NCBI GenBank assembly: GCA_032718475.1
Contig: JAUCBJ010000197.1
Location: forward strand, 1-42,391
Length of the DNA stretch: 42,391 nt
Direction of reading: 5' to 3'
Source of the DNA: Nemertoderma westbladi
Lineage: Eukaryota > Animalia > Xenacoelomorpha
The notes under the pieces are model-generated. The model was not told the origin of the DNA and did not search any database. It saw only the letters and a list, made by a program, of their open reading frames with translations. Below, piece by piece: positions 1 to 11,115 of the stretch; positions within the stretch are counted from its first letter, which is position 1, and the number at the start of each line of letters is the position of its first letter. Made by a program: the position numbers and the translations under genes.

Positions 1-1223
1 GTCTTTCTTTCTGCTGCTGCATCTGCTATAGCCTCCGCCATAGCCGCCGTTTTTTGTTCCTCTATCCTTCTTTTCTTTATTTGTTCTTCTTGGACTCTAG
101 TGAGGCGGAGTTTTTCATCACATTCAGCTTGGTTTGCAGCTAACATTTCGGCGTCGATTGAGTCCAACACAAGCTTGGTTCCTTCACTATTAGGGGAAAG
201 TCCAGACAGCCGTCTCCTCAACTCTTCGTCTCCTAGGAATCGCTGATAGTCGGACAAATAAATGTCGATAGCGTCTCTAGTTCGCGGTTTCTCGGCGGCC
301 TCTTCGCTTTTCGCTTGAGCAAGGGTGACATCATTTGGTTCTTCATAGGTTGATCTCTCAGCCAGCTGGGATTTCCACGGGGCTGTTTCCTGTACTTTAA
401 GATCTACCCGATGTAGCCAAGTTTTGACAGCAACCTGCAGCGACGTGTCCTGTCTTCTTTTGGAAGTTTCCTCAAAGGCTGAGAGGATTAGTCGAATGCG
501 TAGGGTTCTTTCGCGTATTTGATATAGCAGTTCTTCCTGCTCTTGAGGTCCGTGAGGTTGTCGAAACAGTTGTTCTTCCAATCGCTCCAAGGATCCGAAG
601 AATCCCTGCACATATCCTGCTGCCGACCTCTTCCAAACAGCTGGATCCATTGTATCTTTAGCCACTCCCATCCTGTGTATATCTTCCCAAGTAGCCTCGG
701 ACATATCCAACGGAAGTCCGAGTCCAGGAAAGTTCCATTGTGATTCAACAATAGATATCAATTCTTCCCTGGCGTATCCTGCGTAATTGTCTTGGGTCGC
801 TCGCTTATTCTTCTCCCAGTCGGCTTGATGTTCCTCCACCGCAATGAATATAGTAGTTAGCACTGCAGCAGGAAGAGTAAGAAGGGGGTCCGAGTAGACT
901 GTATCAGCCATCTGCACTCCATGTTCGGGAGTCAACTCTACAGTATCCGAACTGCTGGAGCTATCGGGTCGCTGGGAAGTAGGTTCTTGACCAAGATGTT
1001 GCTGCGATAAGACAGCTGCCTCTTGGTCCCGTTTTACCTGTGCCCGAGTGCCTATGATGGACCTATGGTGGACTAGCCTAGGGTCTGATACTACTGGAGG
1101 GATGACCTTTTTTACAGTAGGAGGTGAGCCGAACTCCTTTCTTATTCGCTCCACACTCCTATCTGAATCACAGATAGTTGTATCGATCAGACTGTCCGAC
1201 AGGTTTTGCTGAGTGTCAGACAT
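1..1223 (-). CDS. gag: Gag N-terminal part (partial, open to window edge)
   Basis: ATG at 1223 (AAACATGTCTGAC, same context as 29993). Hand translation MSDTQQNLSDS...MADTVYSDPLL...EKPRTRDAIDIYLSDYQRFLGDEELRRRLSG shows no stop. Missing from the ORF track because it runs off the edge. Confidence 0.88.
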   Translation of the reverse strand, partial: MSDTQQNLSDSLIDTTICDSDRSVERIRKEFGSPPTVKKVIPPVVSDPRLVHHRSIIGTRAQVKRDQEAAVLSQQHLGQEPTSQRPDSSSSSDTVELTPEHGVQMADTVYSDPLLTLPAAVLTTIFIAVEEHQADWEKNKRATQDNYAGYAREELISIVESQWNFPGLGLPLDMSEATWEDIHRMGVAKDTMDPAVWKRSAAGYVQGFFGSLERLEEQLFRQPHGPQEQEELLYQIRERTLRIRLILSAFEETSKRRQDTSLQVAVKTWLHRVDLKVQETAPWKSQLAERSTYEEPNDVTLAQAKSEEAAEKPRTRDAIDIYLSDYQRFLGDEELRRRLSGLSPNSEGTKLVLDSIDAEMLAANQAECDEKLRLTRVQEEQIKKRRIEEQKTAAMAEAIADAAAERK

Positions 1224-2590
1224 GTTTAGTTATACAGTTGAAGGCTTACTGCTATAGTTACAGTTAAAGCAAGTCTAGTAATTCAGTATAACCGCAAGCC
1301 TAGCGATTTATTACCGGTACCGTTACTCTGTGTAACGTGATATATACACAATATATTAGAATACCGGTATGCTTATAATATATATAAGTATTATTACAGA
1401 CTAAATTTGTCCCAGAGTACCGGTATATAATTTTAGCACAAATATATATAAATATATAATAGGCCTATCGTGAATACCGGTATACAGCTTACACTTATAG
1501 TATATAAGTATAATTATGAACTAGAATTAATTACAGAGTACCGGTATGATTTCAGCTCAAATTTATAGAGATAAATATAATAAGCCTATAGTGAGTACCG
1601 GTATGTCAATTATTTTTAGAATAATTGAATTCCTGAATATTTTAGGGTTACTTATCTACTTTAACTTACTTTATTACCGTTATTTAAGTAGTAGTCCAAC
1701 TGGTAGTGAGACCTAGTTGTTGTATGACAGGCCTACTATTTATAAATCGTTTGATTTGATTTATAATATTTATATACCCGTTTAAATGGGTTTTTTTTGT
1801 CAATATTTGAAATAAATGTTATTATTTCTGGGGGAGCCACTACACAGAAGCTGAACGCTCTCAGTGAAGTGCTATTTATTTGACACTAAAACTGATAATT
1901 CTAATTTACCTAAGTTACTTAATACTACAAATTACTTACGATACGGGTGAGATTAATTCTCTAATTAAACACAACAAAATATTACGTACGAAATTTTTTA
2001 GGGTAATTTCACAGGAAGTCTACAAACCAGCCTAACAAAGGGTTAGATTTCTGGTTATTACAACGGACAGGGTACTACGGTATTTGAAATAATAAGTAGT
2101 AGTAAATATATTGTACTGTCCAGATAGGAAAATACCACCGCCTGACGACCTATAACCGTATCGCTATAGGTACTACGTTATGTATCACGGATTGTTCCTA
2201 CCCAGAAGCTAATAGAGCTAACGAATGTGCCTATCAACCACTTTACAACACAAATATACTGCCTACACTAATTACTTCGGAAAGCACTGTACACTAAACC
2301 CTAAATTAGGTACAAGTACCGGTATAACAAATAATCAGTAGTTAAATATACTTGAACAGTTAAAAGAACCACGGCATCTGCTGGAGTGACCGAAGCACAA
2401 AGTCGTCAGTCTTTACCTACGCCAAGCAGCCCTGATGTAGTACCGGGGTTAGTTTAACTATAACGGTATGTATAACAAGCACAATTACTGTAGGAATAAA
2501 CTTGGGGACATGAATGTTGCGAATAATCGCATAAACTCTGAATAATAAATATTACGCTACCCGTACAGAATACTCAAACAAATACAAACC

Positions 2591-3115
2591 AAACGCTGGC
2601 AGACTACTATTAAGCCTAAACAAACTACAGTATGTGCAGATTCTGAAACTGTTAGTTAGTATGCGTTCTAACACGGTAGTACGACTTACTCTTTAAGAGG
2701 GGATTGACCTTACCGCTTATGGCTGCCCCAACTTACTAACGGCACTTGATCAGACCAACTCTACACACGCAGCAATCCCTTCAGACCTAAAAATAGCTAG
2801 ACAACAATCCAGCCTACAAATATTTGAGTAATAACTATTACGGTACCTGAACAGACCACACAAACAAACACAGGCTAAAACACTGGCAGACTACGATCAA
2901 GCCTAAATAAACTACAGTATATGCAGACTCTGAAACTGTTAGTTAGTATGCGTTCTAACACGGTAGTACGACTTATTCTTTAAGAGGGGATTGACCTTAC
3001 CGCATATGGCTGCCCCAACTTACTAACGGCACTTTATCAGACAAACTCTACACACGCCGTAATCTCTCCAAACTCAACAACAGTCAGACAGCAGCTCAGC
3101 CTACAATTATTTGAA
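2591..3115. repeat. ~287-bp tandem duplication in the 5' UTR of copy A
   Basis: AAAC(G/A)CTGGCAGACTAC...GAAACTGTTAGTTAGTATGCGTTCTAACACGG... starts at 2591 and again at 2878. Copy B has a single unit (~28500-28740). Confidence 0.9.
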
Positions 3116-3410
3116 CAATCTGAGCAGACTTACACGTCTTCAGCTCAATATTAACTTACTAGGAAATAAAACCGACAGAAATAAGTAAGCTCCAAAAGAA
3201 ACAAGGGGTGTACAGTCCCTAATCTCTTAAACAGCCTACCGGTATACAATGATCAAAATCGAATAATACTAAATGTACTTGTACAGCAGTACCGGTACCG
3301 GTGATGACAGTTAGGCCTACTGACCTACAGAAGCACCGGTTCAGTTTTACCAGTCACTACGGTATTTTGCAACCTTATTGCCTACTGCAATAAGATTATT
3401 AAACTGTTAC

Positions 3411-4670
3411 TGTTCGCGCTTTTGAAGACCTTTAGCAGTTTAACCTGCCAAAATTTATATGTCTTTTCGTTAATTAAAACACCTTTAGCATACGACAACA
3501 ATTTTATGCTAATACACAAAACATTAGCCGAAAGTCAGCCCATGCGCGATCATTCACCCGATGGATCTACACCCGGGAGACTGAATTCGGATGCTTAAAT
3601 TTTATTATTGCAGTGTAAGGTTGCAGTGTATACCTACTGTATTATTCGATAGATCGTTAATAATTAATCTCTGACAGATATTATTGGCTTTCGGGAAATA
3701 TTAACAGTTCCTTTAGGACGTGGCGCTTTATCTATTTAAACAGAACTAAGACTTATACTAAAACGCAACGATACTGCTTATGATTGAAGTATAAAGCGTA
3801 TTCTTTAGGAAATACTTTGTTACCAATCACAATCATACACACTATTCTGCCGACAGTCAGTATATTTGATCACACATAAAGAGAGCAGCAATTGACTCAC
3901 GTAGGGTCTGCTAAATAACATTGGATTCAATACACACCACATTAATATAAATCGCAATTGTTATGTATAGCCGGTCTCTCTAACCTGTAGTGTATCAAGA
4001 AAATTGGGAATTTGGGTGATTTATCCGTATTATCCAAAGAGCAATATTTCCATCAACAAATAGGTACAATTAATAACTGACGGTAAAATAACAGTACAAA
4101 CAATATGATTAATGCAATTAAATTAAGTGAGTTAATGCTGTCTTTCGATTTGATTGATTAATTAGATTCGATTCGGTAACAGTTTATACTTTCGATAATT
4201 TAAGCAGTTTTACTAGAGTTCTTCCCAAAAGGCCGGTGTTTCTGGCTTAGACAGCAATAACAACAAAGTATCAAGTAAAAGCAGTAAGACTGAACACTCT
4301 CCTTATGATCGGCTGAAAAGCTACACGTCGACAGGAAAAATCGCTCTGATTGGCTCAAGCCAAACAAAGAACCATGCGTCCAATGGCTGTTTCCATGTCA
4401 GCAACCAGCTGTTAGATGTCGTAATATGAATCATCACGGCTAAGCTGTGAAAGGTAGTTGGTGCATTACAGGTTTTTTGCCTTACCATGTCCGCCAAAAC
4501 ACGTATATAGCAGAATGACTTTTATGTCCGTTAAAACACCTGTAACGGTACCTTGCGGGCGAGGGGAATATATATACAGTTAGAGAACCTTTTTAGAGTA
4601 TTCCAGCGCCTGGGGGGAAACTGGATTGCGAAGCAAAAGGGGCCAGTTAGATCCCACAGAAGCTTTTACA
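3411..4670 (-). repeat. 5' LTR of BEL/Pao copy A (1260 bp, TG...CA)
   Basis: On the minus strand it starts TGTAAAAGCTTCTGTGGGA (4670) and ends AAAAGCGCGAACA (3411), matching the LTR termini of copy B. Confidence 0.9.
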
Positions 4671-5396
4671 AGTATGTAATGAAAGTGGCACGTCACAAGA
4701 TCACACTATAAAGGCACCCACATTTTACTGTACATCTTGTTTCAGTGCTTGTACACTTATTGTTATCATTTATTGTTTTGGTTATAAAGCCATGCTTCTG
4801 AATCCTGCTCATTTTCCTTAATTCGTAATTTGTTTTAGTAATCATATATTTATTGTTTTGGTTAGACCCACCTCGATAAGCTGCTCCTTTCACTTTTAAG
4901 TTTAATTTTGTAATTTATAATGGTAAACTTGATCCAAATTTAATTTCCAGTGTGCCTCTAGTGTGATTGTGACATTAATAGTACCGGTAAAAACATTAAT
5001 AATTAATAATGTAAAATATATATCCGTTAATATCCCTCTACCATTTGGCCTAACTTTTCTTTGTTTATCTAAAACATTTACATTTAATATGAAGCAAAAG
5101 TGGTGATAAGGTCTGATAATAGTCTAATAATTGAGTCCGATGAACATAGACTATATGTTAGATCTTCGTTCACTACTTGACTCTCCAAATAAATCACATT
5201 TGAGCTAAGTGGGCAATGGGTCTTTGATTTTATATTGTGTAATATTATGGTTTTGTTCAGAAGTGGAAAAAACGAGATTGTTTTTTTTATAACAATGTTT
5301 TAAAAATGATACCTATGGTAACCACTGTTATTCATTTATTAAACTATACTCTATACTTTATTACAATACTGTTTTAAATGCTTATTCATGTTAATT

Positions 5397-5608
5397 GTGT
5401 GATTGAGAACTGAATCGGATTTTGTTAATTTCAGTTTCAGTTTCAGTTACAGTATTCAAAATACGTAATTACAGTTTCAGTTACAGTTACAGTATTCAAA
5501 GTTCGCAATTACAGTTACAGTTATAGTTACAGTATCAAAAAAATCATCAAAACCATTCAGTTACAGTTGCAGTTACAGTATAATTACAGTTACAGTTCTC
5601 AACACTAC
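5397..5608. repeat. (CAGTTA)n-rich short element, possibly a MITE
   Basis: Many CAGTTA/CAGTTT hexamers. TTGAGAACTG near 5403 is complementary to CAGTTCTCAA near 5593. No TSD confirmed. Confidence 0.45.
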
Positions 5609-5769
5609 TATCTATGTCCACTGTAGTCCTCTCAGTACTATTTATCTATAAAAACAACCTACACAACACAACAAACACAACTGACTGTAGACCTTTCCAC
5701 CAACACACAAAACTTAATGTAAATTGCAAACCGTCCACATATACTAGAAAGTTATTTCCTAAAGGAATT

Positions 5770-6574
5770 GATGCAACCACGAAGCTAAGGAAACATGATG
5801 CAATCACGAAGCTAAGGAAACATGATGTAACCACGAAGCTAAGGAAACATGATGCAACCACGAAGCTAAGGAAACATGATGCAACCACGAAGCTAAGGGA
5901 ACATAATGCAACCACGAAGCTAAGGAAACATGATGTAACCACGAAGCTAAGGAAACATGATGCAACCACGAAGCTAAGGAAACATGATGTAACCACGAAG
6001 CTAAGGAAACATGATGCAACCACGAAGCTAAGGAAACATGATGCAACTACGAAGCTAAGGAAACATGATGCAACCACGAAGCTAAGGAAACATGATGTAA
6101 CCACGAAGCTAAGGAAACATGTTGCAACCACGATACTAAGGAAACATGATGTAACCACGAAGCTAAGGAAACATGATGCAACCACGAAGCTAAGGAAACA
6201 TGATGCAACAACGAAGTTAAGGAAACATGATGCAACCACGAAGCTAAGGAAACATGATGTAACCACGAAGCTAAGGAAACATGATGCAACCACGAAGCTA
6301 AGGAAACATGATGCAACCACGAAGCTAAGGAAACATGATGTAACCACGAAGCTAAGGAAACATGATGCAACCACGAAGCTAAGGAAACATGATGCAACTA
6401 CGAAGCTAAGGAAACATGATGCAACCACGAAGCTAAGGAAACATGATGTAACCACGAAGCTAAGGAAACATGTTGCAACCACGATACTAAGGAAACATGA
6501 TGCAACCACGAAGCTAAGGAAACATGATGTAACCACGAAGCTAAGGAAACATGATGCAACCACGAAGCTAAGGA
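5770..6574. repeat. 27-bp minisatellite, ~30 copies (GATGCAACCACGAAGCTAAGGAAACAT)
   Basis: Read directly. It accounts for the repetitive ORFs 5614-6675 (+, KLRKHDATT) and 5646-6563 (-). Confidence 0.98.
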
Positions 6575-8739
6575 CAATTAAACAAACATTTACTCATCAG
6601 TTTATTGTTCCTGTTACCATTTCAACTACTAGGGATTTAGTTTTACATTTAGATCTAGATTGTGATTCAGGTTAGATTGAACTAGACTAGGCTGGATTGA
6701 ACTTCTTTGCGTAGTTTTTTTTTAAGTAATGATTTTTCTATCAAAAAGTTTGTTTGCAGCGGTTGTTATGGATACTGAAAAAATGATCAATGTAATTCAG
6801 ATGTAAAATATGTGATATAGTGCGGGTAGTGGTTGGTCCCAAGTCACAATATCTTAACGTTATGCTTCAAATTATTAATTATAAATTTGAACATCTGTTA
6901 AGCCTGGTTGCCAAGTTAACTGGTCTGGATTTTCAATTAACCTCAATCGGCATGATATTGGCCCATATAGTTGAGTTCAGAAACCCAAAGTTTATACCTA
7001 GTGTCGTTTTGCTAAAAATAGAGTTGTAAATATTGACTTGAATTATATAGACGCTTTTCTAAATCCGTTGCCTTGGAAACCATATTTTTCCCAGATATGA
7101 TACCCAGTCCAAAAAATGCGAAAAATCCAAAAGATGTAAATAACGGGACGAACGATAAATAAAGCATATTTTATTTACCGTACAATAAATAGTTATTAAT
7201 GTGTTATCTTACCTGTTTTTTTCTGCCTTTCCTCCAGATACATTTTTTAAAACGAATAATATTGATTGAGTATTAGAAATTTGTCATTCATTTGAACAAA
7301 AAATATCCCACGCCAATGAAAACATGATGAATGAAGGATGGCCTTATACAGTACAGCGTCTGGCAGTAGAAAGAATTGTATTACCGAACGCTAAGACTAG
7401 AATGCCGTCCCGTGGAATATTTCATTGTCTACATAACTGAATTAAAGAAAATATCGTAGTTACTTCAGTTGAAGTTGATTGTGATGCGATTAGTAGGAAC
7501 TCAGTTATATGATTAGAGAGTCTCTAAGGGTTGCTCAAGGTTGCTGCGCTCTCGTACACTTAGGACCTTCGCTAAACGTATCACAAAACTTCATTATCCC
7601 AATAATGGTAGCTAGCTACTTCTGGACCATTTTACAGTTAATATATGGGATTTTTAAAGATTTAGTTCGCGTATTTTATCGGGTTTTTATACAAATGGTT
7701 TTTATCCCAAGGCAAAATAAGGCTTAATTAAGGCTATGATGACCCACGCTAGAACTCAAGAACAAGAAAGAGTTCCATAAGCCGATAGTGGCTATGTGAT
7801 CGATTACTGCCCTACTACGCGACGCTACAACGTGGTACTGTGTTACCAGAATATCATACATGGCATAATGTAACAATACATTTCATTGTTAAAATTAACA
7901 TTATTTACCGCTCAGTCAATGTGCTAGCGGTAAATAAGATTTGCATTATTTACCTAGGTAAATGGGGATTATTGCTCTTCAATCAGTCAACTTTGCACTG
8001 TAATAAATACTACTCCGGGGCATTTTATTTATTTAATGAGTAGCTACGACTAGTAAACTGACATCAAGTAATTAATAATCTTAAAATATATAATATGTTC
8101 CAGAATATTGTGTATTTATTAAATTTAATAATTAGCCTGCCCTGCAGACTGTAACGGATGCAAATACCTACACTTTTTAAACGCCCATATCTCAGCTATT
8201 TATCAACAACATTAATAGTTATTTACAAATTTGGAATCCTTGTAACACCTTTTCCTTGGTATCAACAAATCACAATAAGGACGAATAATAACTGCGATGC
8301 GACTGGTGCAATGTTCAATTACTTATTAAACAATAATATATTTTAATAAATATAATAAGAAGGATGATTTTAACAATAAAATTACATATTGTACGATAAA
8401 TAAAACACGTTATTTACCTTTTCGGCCCTCGATCTGACTTATTTTCAGACTTATAACTTATCTCAGGAGGAACGGTAAATAGAGCATTTATTTACCGTAC
8501 AATAAATACCGGTAGTTATTATTACAAAATTACAACAATACAACAATTCGGTAAATTAAATGTAAACAAAAATGCAAATGTAATAAATTATACTAGTGGC
8601 GATGACAACAACACATATAAAATTCTAGAAATACATTAAGTACGTAATAATAAATATAAGTTATTTATGTAACCGTAGTTTAGGCCCCTACGTACAATAT
8701 TACATTATATGTAGCCATCCTCCTGACAAACCTATTAAA

Positions 8740-9165
8740 ATGTCGCTGCGATATTTGTGTGACAGGCCGTGGAAGGAAAAATTAGACACAAGGAATTGGA
8801 TAAATACTTGGTATAATATTTGGAAGGAATTTGTGGGTGAAAACAATAGAGGACTGATTGTTATCTTCGATAAATTAAATATATTTAATAGAGAGTTGCA
8901 ATGGCAGGTAATGTCTGCACTAAACCAAGTAGAATTCGATATGAACCGCGTGAAACGTATGGATTATTTATATTTATTATGGGATAAAATAGTGGATGAA
9001 CAAATAGCTATATTGGAAATAGGCATATACAACCTCTCTGCGCGGACCGTTGATAAAAATACTAACACATGTTTACATGATCTTTATACGACGTTGGACA
9101 ATAAAGGTGATGAGTGGAAAAAAGAGTTTAAAGAAATGAAAGAGAAACTTATTGATGTCAGGTAA
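8740..9165 (+). CDS. Orphan ~141-aa helical protein (or first coding exon); paralogue of 41556-41990
   Basis: AAAATG start context. The diverged paralogue keeps the same start and end and has frame-preserving indels. The end TCAG|GTAAA could be a splice donor. Confidence 0.6.
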   Translation: MSLRYLCDRPWKEKLDTRNWINTWYNIWKEFVGENNRGLIVIFDKLNIFNRELQWQVMSALNQVEFDMNRVKRMDYLYLLWDKIVDEQIAILEIGIYNLSARTVDKNTNTCLHDLYTTLDNKGDEWKKEFKEMKEKLIDVR

Positions 9166-9902
9166 AGTACCGGTCTGATTACATTGTTTCCAAAGGACCC
9201 ATTTGCACTTTGGAATTTCTTTTTGATGCCGCCTCAAAGTTTGCAGCATCAACAAACTCCTTATTGCAGGTAGGACAATACTCCAGACAACTACAATCTT
9301 TACAAGTATGTTTCTTTCGAGCCTTTGAGTTCGTGAAGTAAAGGCACTTAACGCCTTGCATAAGCTTCTTGTTCTTAGCTTTACCAAACATACTGAACTG
9401 ACATATCCAGCAATAAATTATTTAATAATATATATATAAGTTATAATCTAATGTCAGCAAACTGACGAAGTTAAGTAGGCCTTCTACGTATGTACGTATT
9501 CCGGATTCTACCTGTAGGTCCAATTAAAAGTTTAAGTTTATTGTATCAGCCTTTCAATTCTTATTCAGTAACAGTAGTCAGTACCGGTAGGCCTACGGTA
9601 CAAACTGTATGCATGAATTGAGAGAAACTGAAAGTTTATTAAAAAGTTTGATGCAGGTGTACCGGTAGTGAAGAACAATTCAGTGGCATTACTTTAGGAC
9701 ATTTGAACGACAATCAGGCTTATACTAAATAGGCACTTCGAAGTGTTCACTACAGAAACTGCACTATACACTACGATTGTCATGCTAAATCAGGTACTAC
9801 ACTACGAAGTGCTCACTGCAAAGCAATCACTTGAAGTGCGTAGTGCATACTTCGTAGTGCTGTAGTGATCACTACGATTTTGTTTCTAACTAATCTTGAA
9901 AT

Positions 9903-10154
9903 TACTAACGTTGCGGCAAGCCGACTTCAGAGGTCGGAAGGCGTAGTGGAAATATGAATCTTTTAAAATTGTTTGCTTTCCCCCTTTGTTTGTTCCTGTA
10001 ATTTTGTATGTAGGGCCATTCTTGCTGTTTTAATTTTATTGTTGAATAATTGGTGCTCTGAAGATGGCCCAATGGGCAGAAATATATAAGCTGGGTTGAA
10101 TATTTAAAGTTTAATATCGAGGGTTGTCCCCTATCTCGACGTCCGGTTTCGATT
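9903..10154 (+). mobile_element. Penelope-like terminal-repeat (pLTR) fragment inserted in the MITE
   Basis: Flanked by the 12-bp direct repeat TAATCTTGAAAT (9891-9902, 10155-10166). Carries two minimal hammerhead-like motifs in opposite orientation. Confidence 0.55.
10055..10091 (+). ncRNA. Minimal type I hammerhead ribozyme-like motif
   Basis: GCT-CTGAAGA-T-GGCCC-AAT-GGGCA-GAAA-TATA-TA-AGC: both core boxes present, stem II, palindromic TATA loop III, 3-bp stem I. The stem II closing pair is broken (G/A). Confidence 0.55.
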
Positions 10155-10974
10155 TAATCTTGAAATATAAGTGAACACTACAGTTTTGCGTAGTGTTGTA
10201 GAGGAGGCTACGATACCGGTACTTGAATACTGTAATATTTTTACTAAGATTTCACGATTTTGGGGTCATTCAAGTATTACCCTCATCAAAAATAAGGATT
10301 TTATGCCATTCCCCCACCCCCTGGTCATCAGTCATACTCTGGCTTCGTTTCCAGTGCCAGATTTTCCTATGGTTTCCTATGTGAGTTCTGAGCGCAGCAA
10401 TAAAATGAATGGAAAAATGAAAATTGCACTGAGTTCTTTTTTGGCATGGAATAGTGTGGAATACGTTCAGGGTAAGCCTATAATTCTACGGTTTTGGAGG
10501 AGTTGGAATTAGGTGTGAATAATCAGTGTAGCATCAGTGTGTTTTCTTTACATGGTGTAGACAGTAAAATAGAGTTTTACTGTAGTGATTACTTCGGAAG
10601 TTGTAGTGGCACTTCAATTTATTTAAGAACGAAATACGCGCGTAGGCCTAGTGGTACTTCGCTGTAGCGAAGTGTTTACTTCCCGTAGTGCGTAGTGCCA
10701 CTTCGAAGTGATCACTATGGTATTTAGTATACGCCCCAGTAGCAGAACAATTATAATGACAGATTGAGTTTGCACAAACCGTGGAGCTTTTCACCCGAAC
10801 TCTACAACCAAACGGTCAACCAACCCTACGTATTTGTCCTTTTCCGGATTGTACTGCACTGCACAATCCAAAAATTACACCGGTGAAACACAAAATCAAA
10901 AAAAAATCAAAAGTTAAAAAGTGGTCGTGGCATTGTAATGTGCAATAATGAATGAAATAGTTATAATAAATGGC

Positions 10975-11115
10975 CCATGTGAAGTACCGGTATACCAGAC
11001 ATTCTGCTGTGCTGTTATATTTCACATTGCAGTTTACCCCCATGTGAAGTATACCAGACATTCTGCTGTGCTGTCATATTTCACATTGCAGTTTACCCCC
11101 ATGTGAAGAATACCA
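10975..11115. repeat. ~60-bp tandem duplication (2 copies + partial third)
   Basis: CCCATGTGAAGTA...CCAGACATTCTGCTGTGCTGT...CACATTGCAGTTTACCCC occurs twice. Confidence 0.9.

Larger units (their letters stand above)
1..4670 (-). mobile_element. BEL/Pao LTR retrotransposon, copy A (5' LTR + long 5' UTR + gag N-terminus; truncated by window edge)
   Basis: Reverse complement aligns colinearly with the element at 26999-38505 across the LTR ends, R/U5, 5' UTR and gag. Shared peptides include VVSDPRLV, QRPDSSSSSDT and RTRDAIDIYLSDYQRF. Confidence 0.92.
9717..10735. mobile_element. Non-autonomous DNA transposon/MITE with ~15-bp TIRs and subterminal CACTTCGAAGTG/CACTAC repeats
   Basis: GGCTTATACTAAATA (9717) versus TATTTAGTATACGCC (10721-10735), 1 mismatch. 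Palindromic CACTTCGAAGTG-type repeats cluster at both ends. TSD not resolved. Confidence 0.6.

Noticed and set aside
4490-4538. TGTTTTAACGGACAT at 4538 as the start of copy A's LTR
   Set aside because: Homology to copy B's LTR start extends to TGTAAAAGC at 4670. The 4538 motif is an internal U3 direct repeat.
5614-6675. 353-aa and 305-aa repeat ORFs as real genes, or the array as CRISPR
   Set aside because: Head-to-tail 27-bp units with no unique spacers. Open frames on both strands follow from a stop-free unit whose length is divisible by 3.
7230-7515. Exon-like segment after CTTTCCTCCAG acceptor
   Set aside because: The best frame has internal stops and no recognisable motif; insufficient support.
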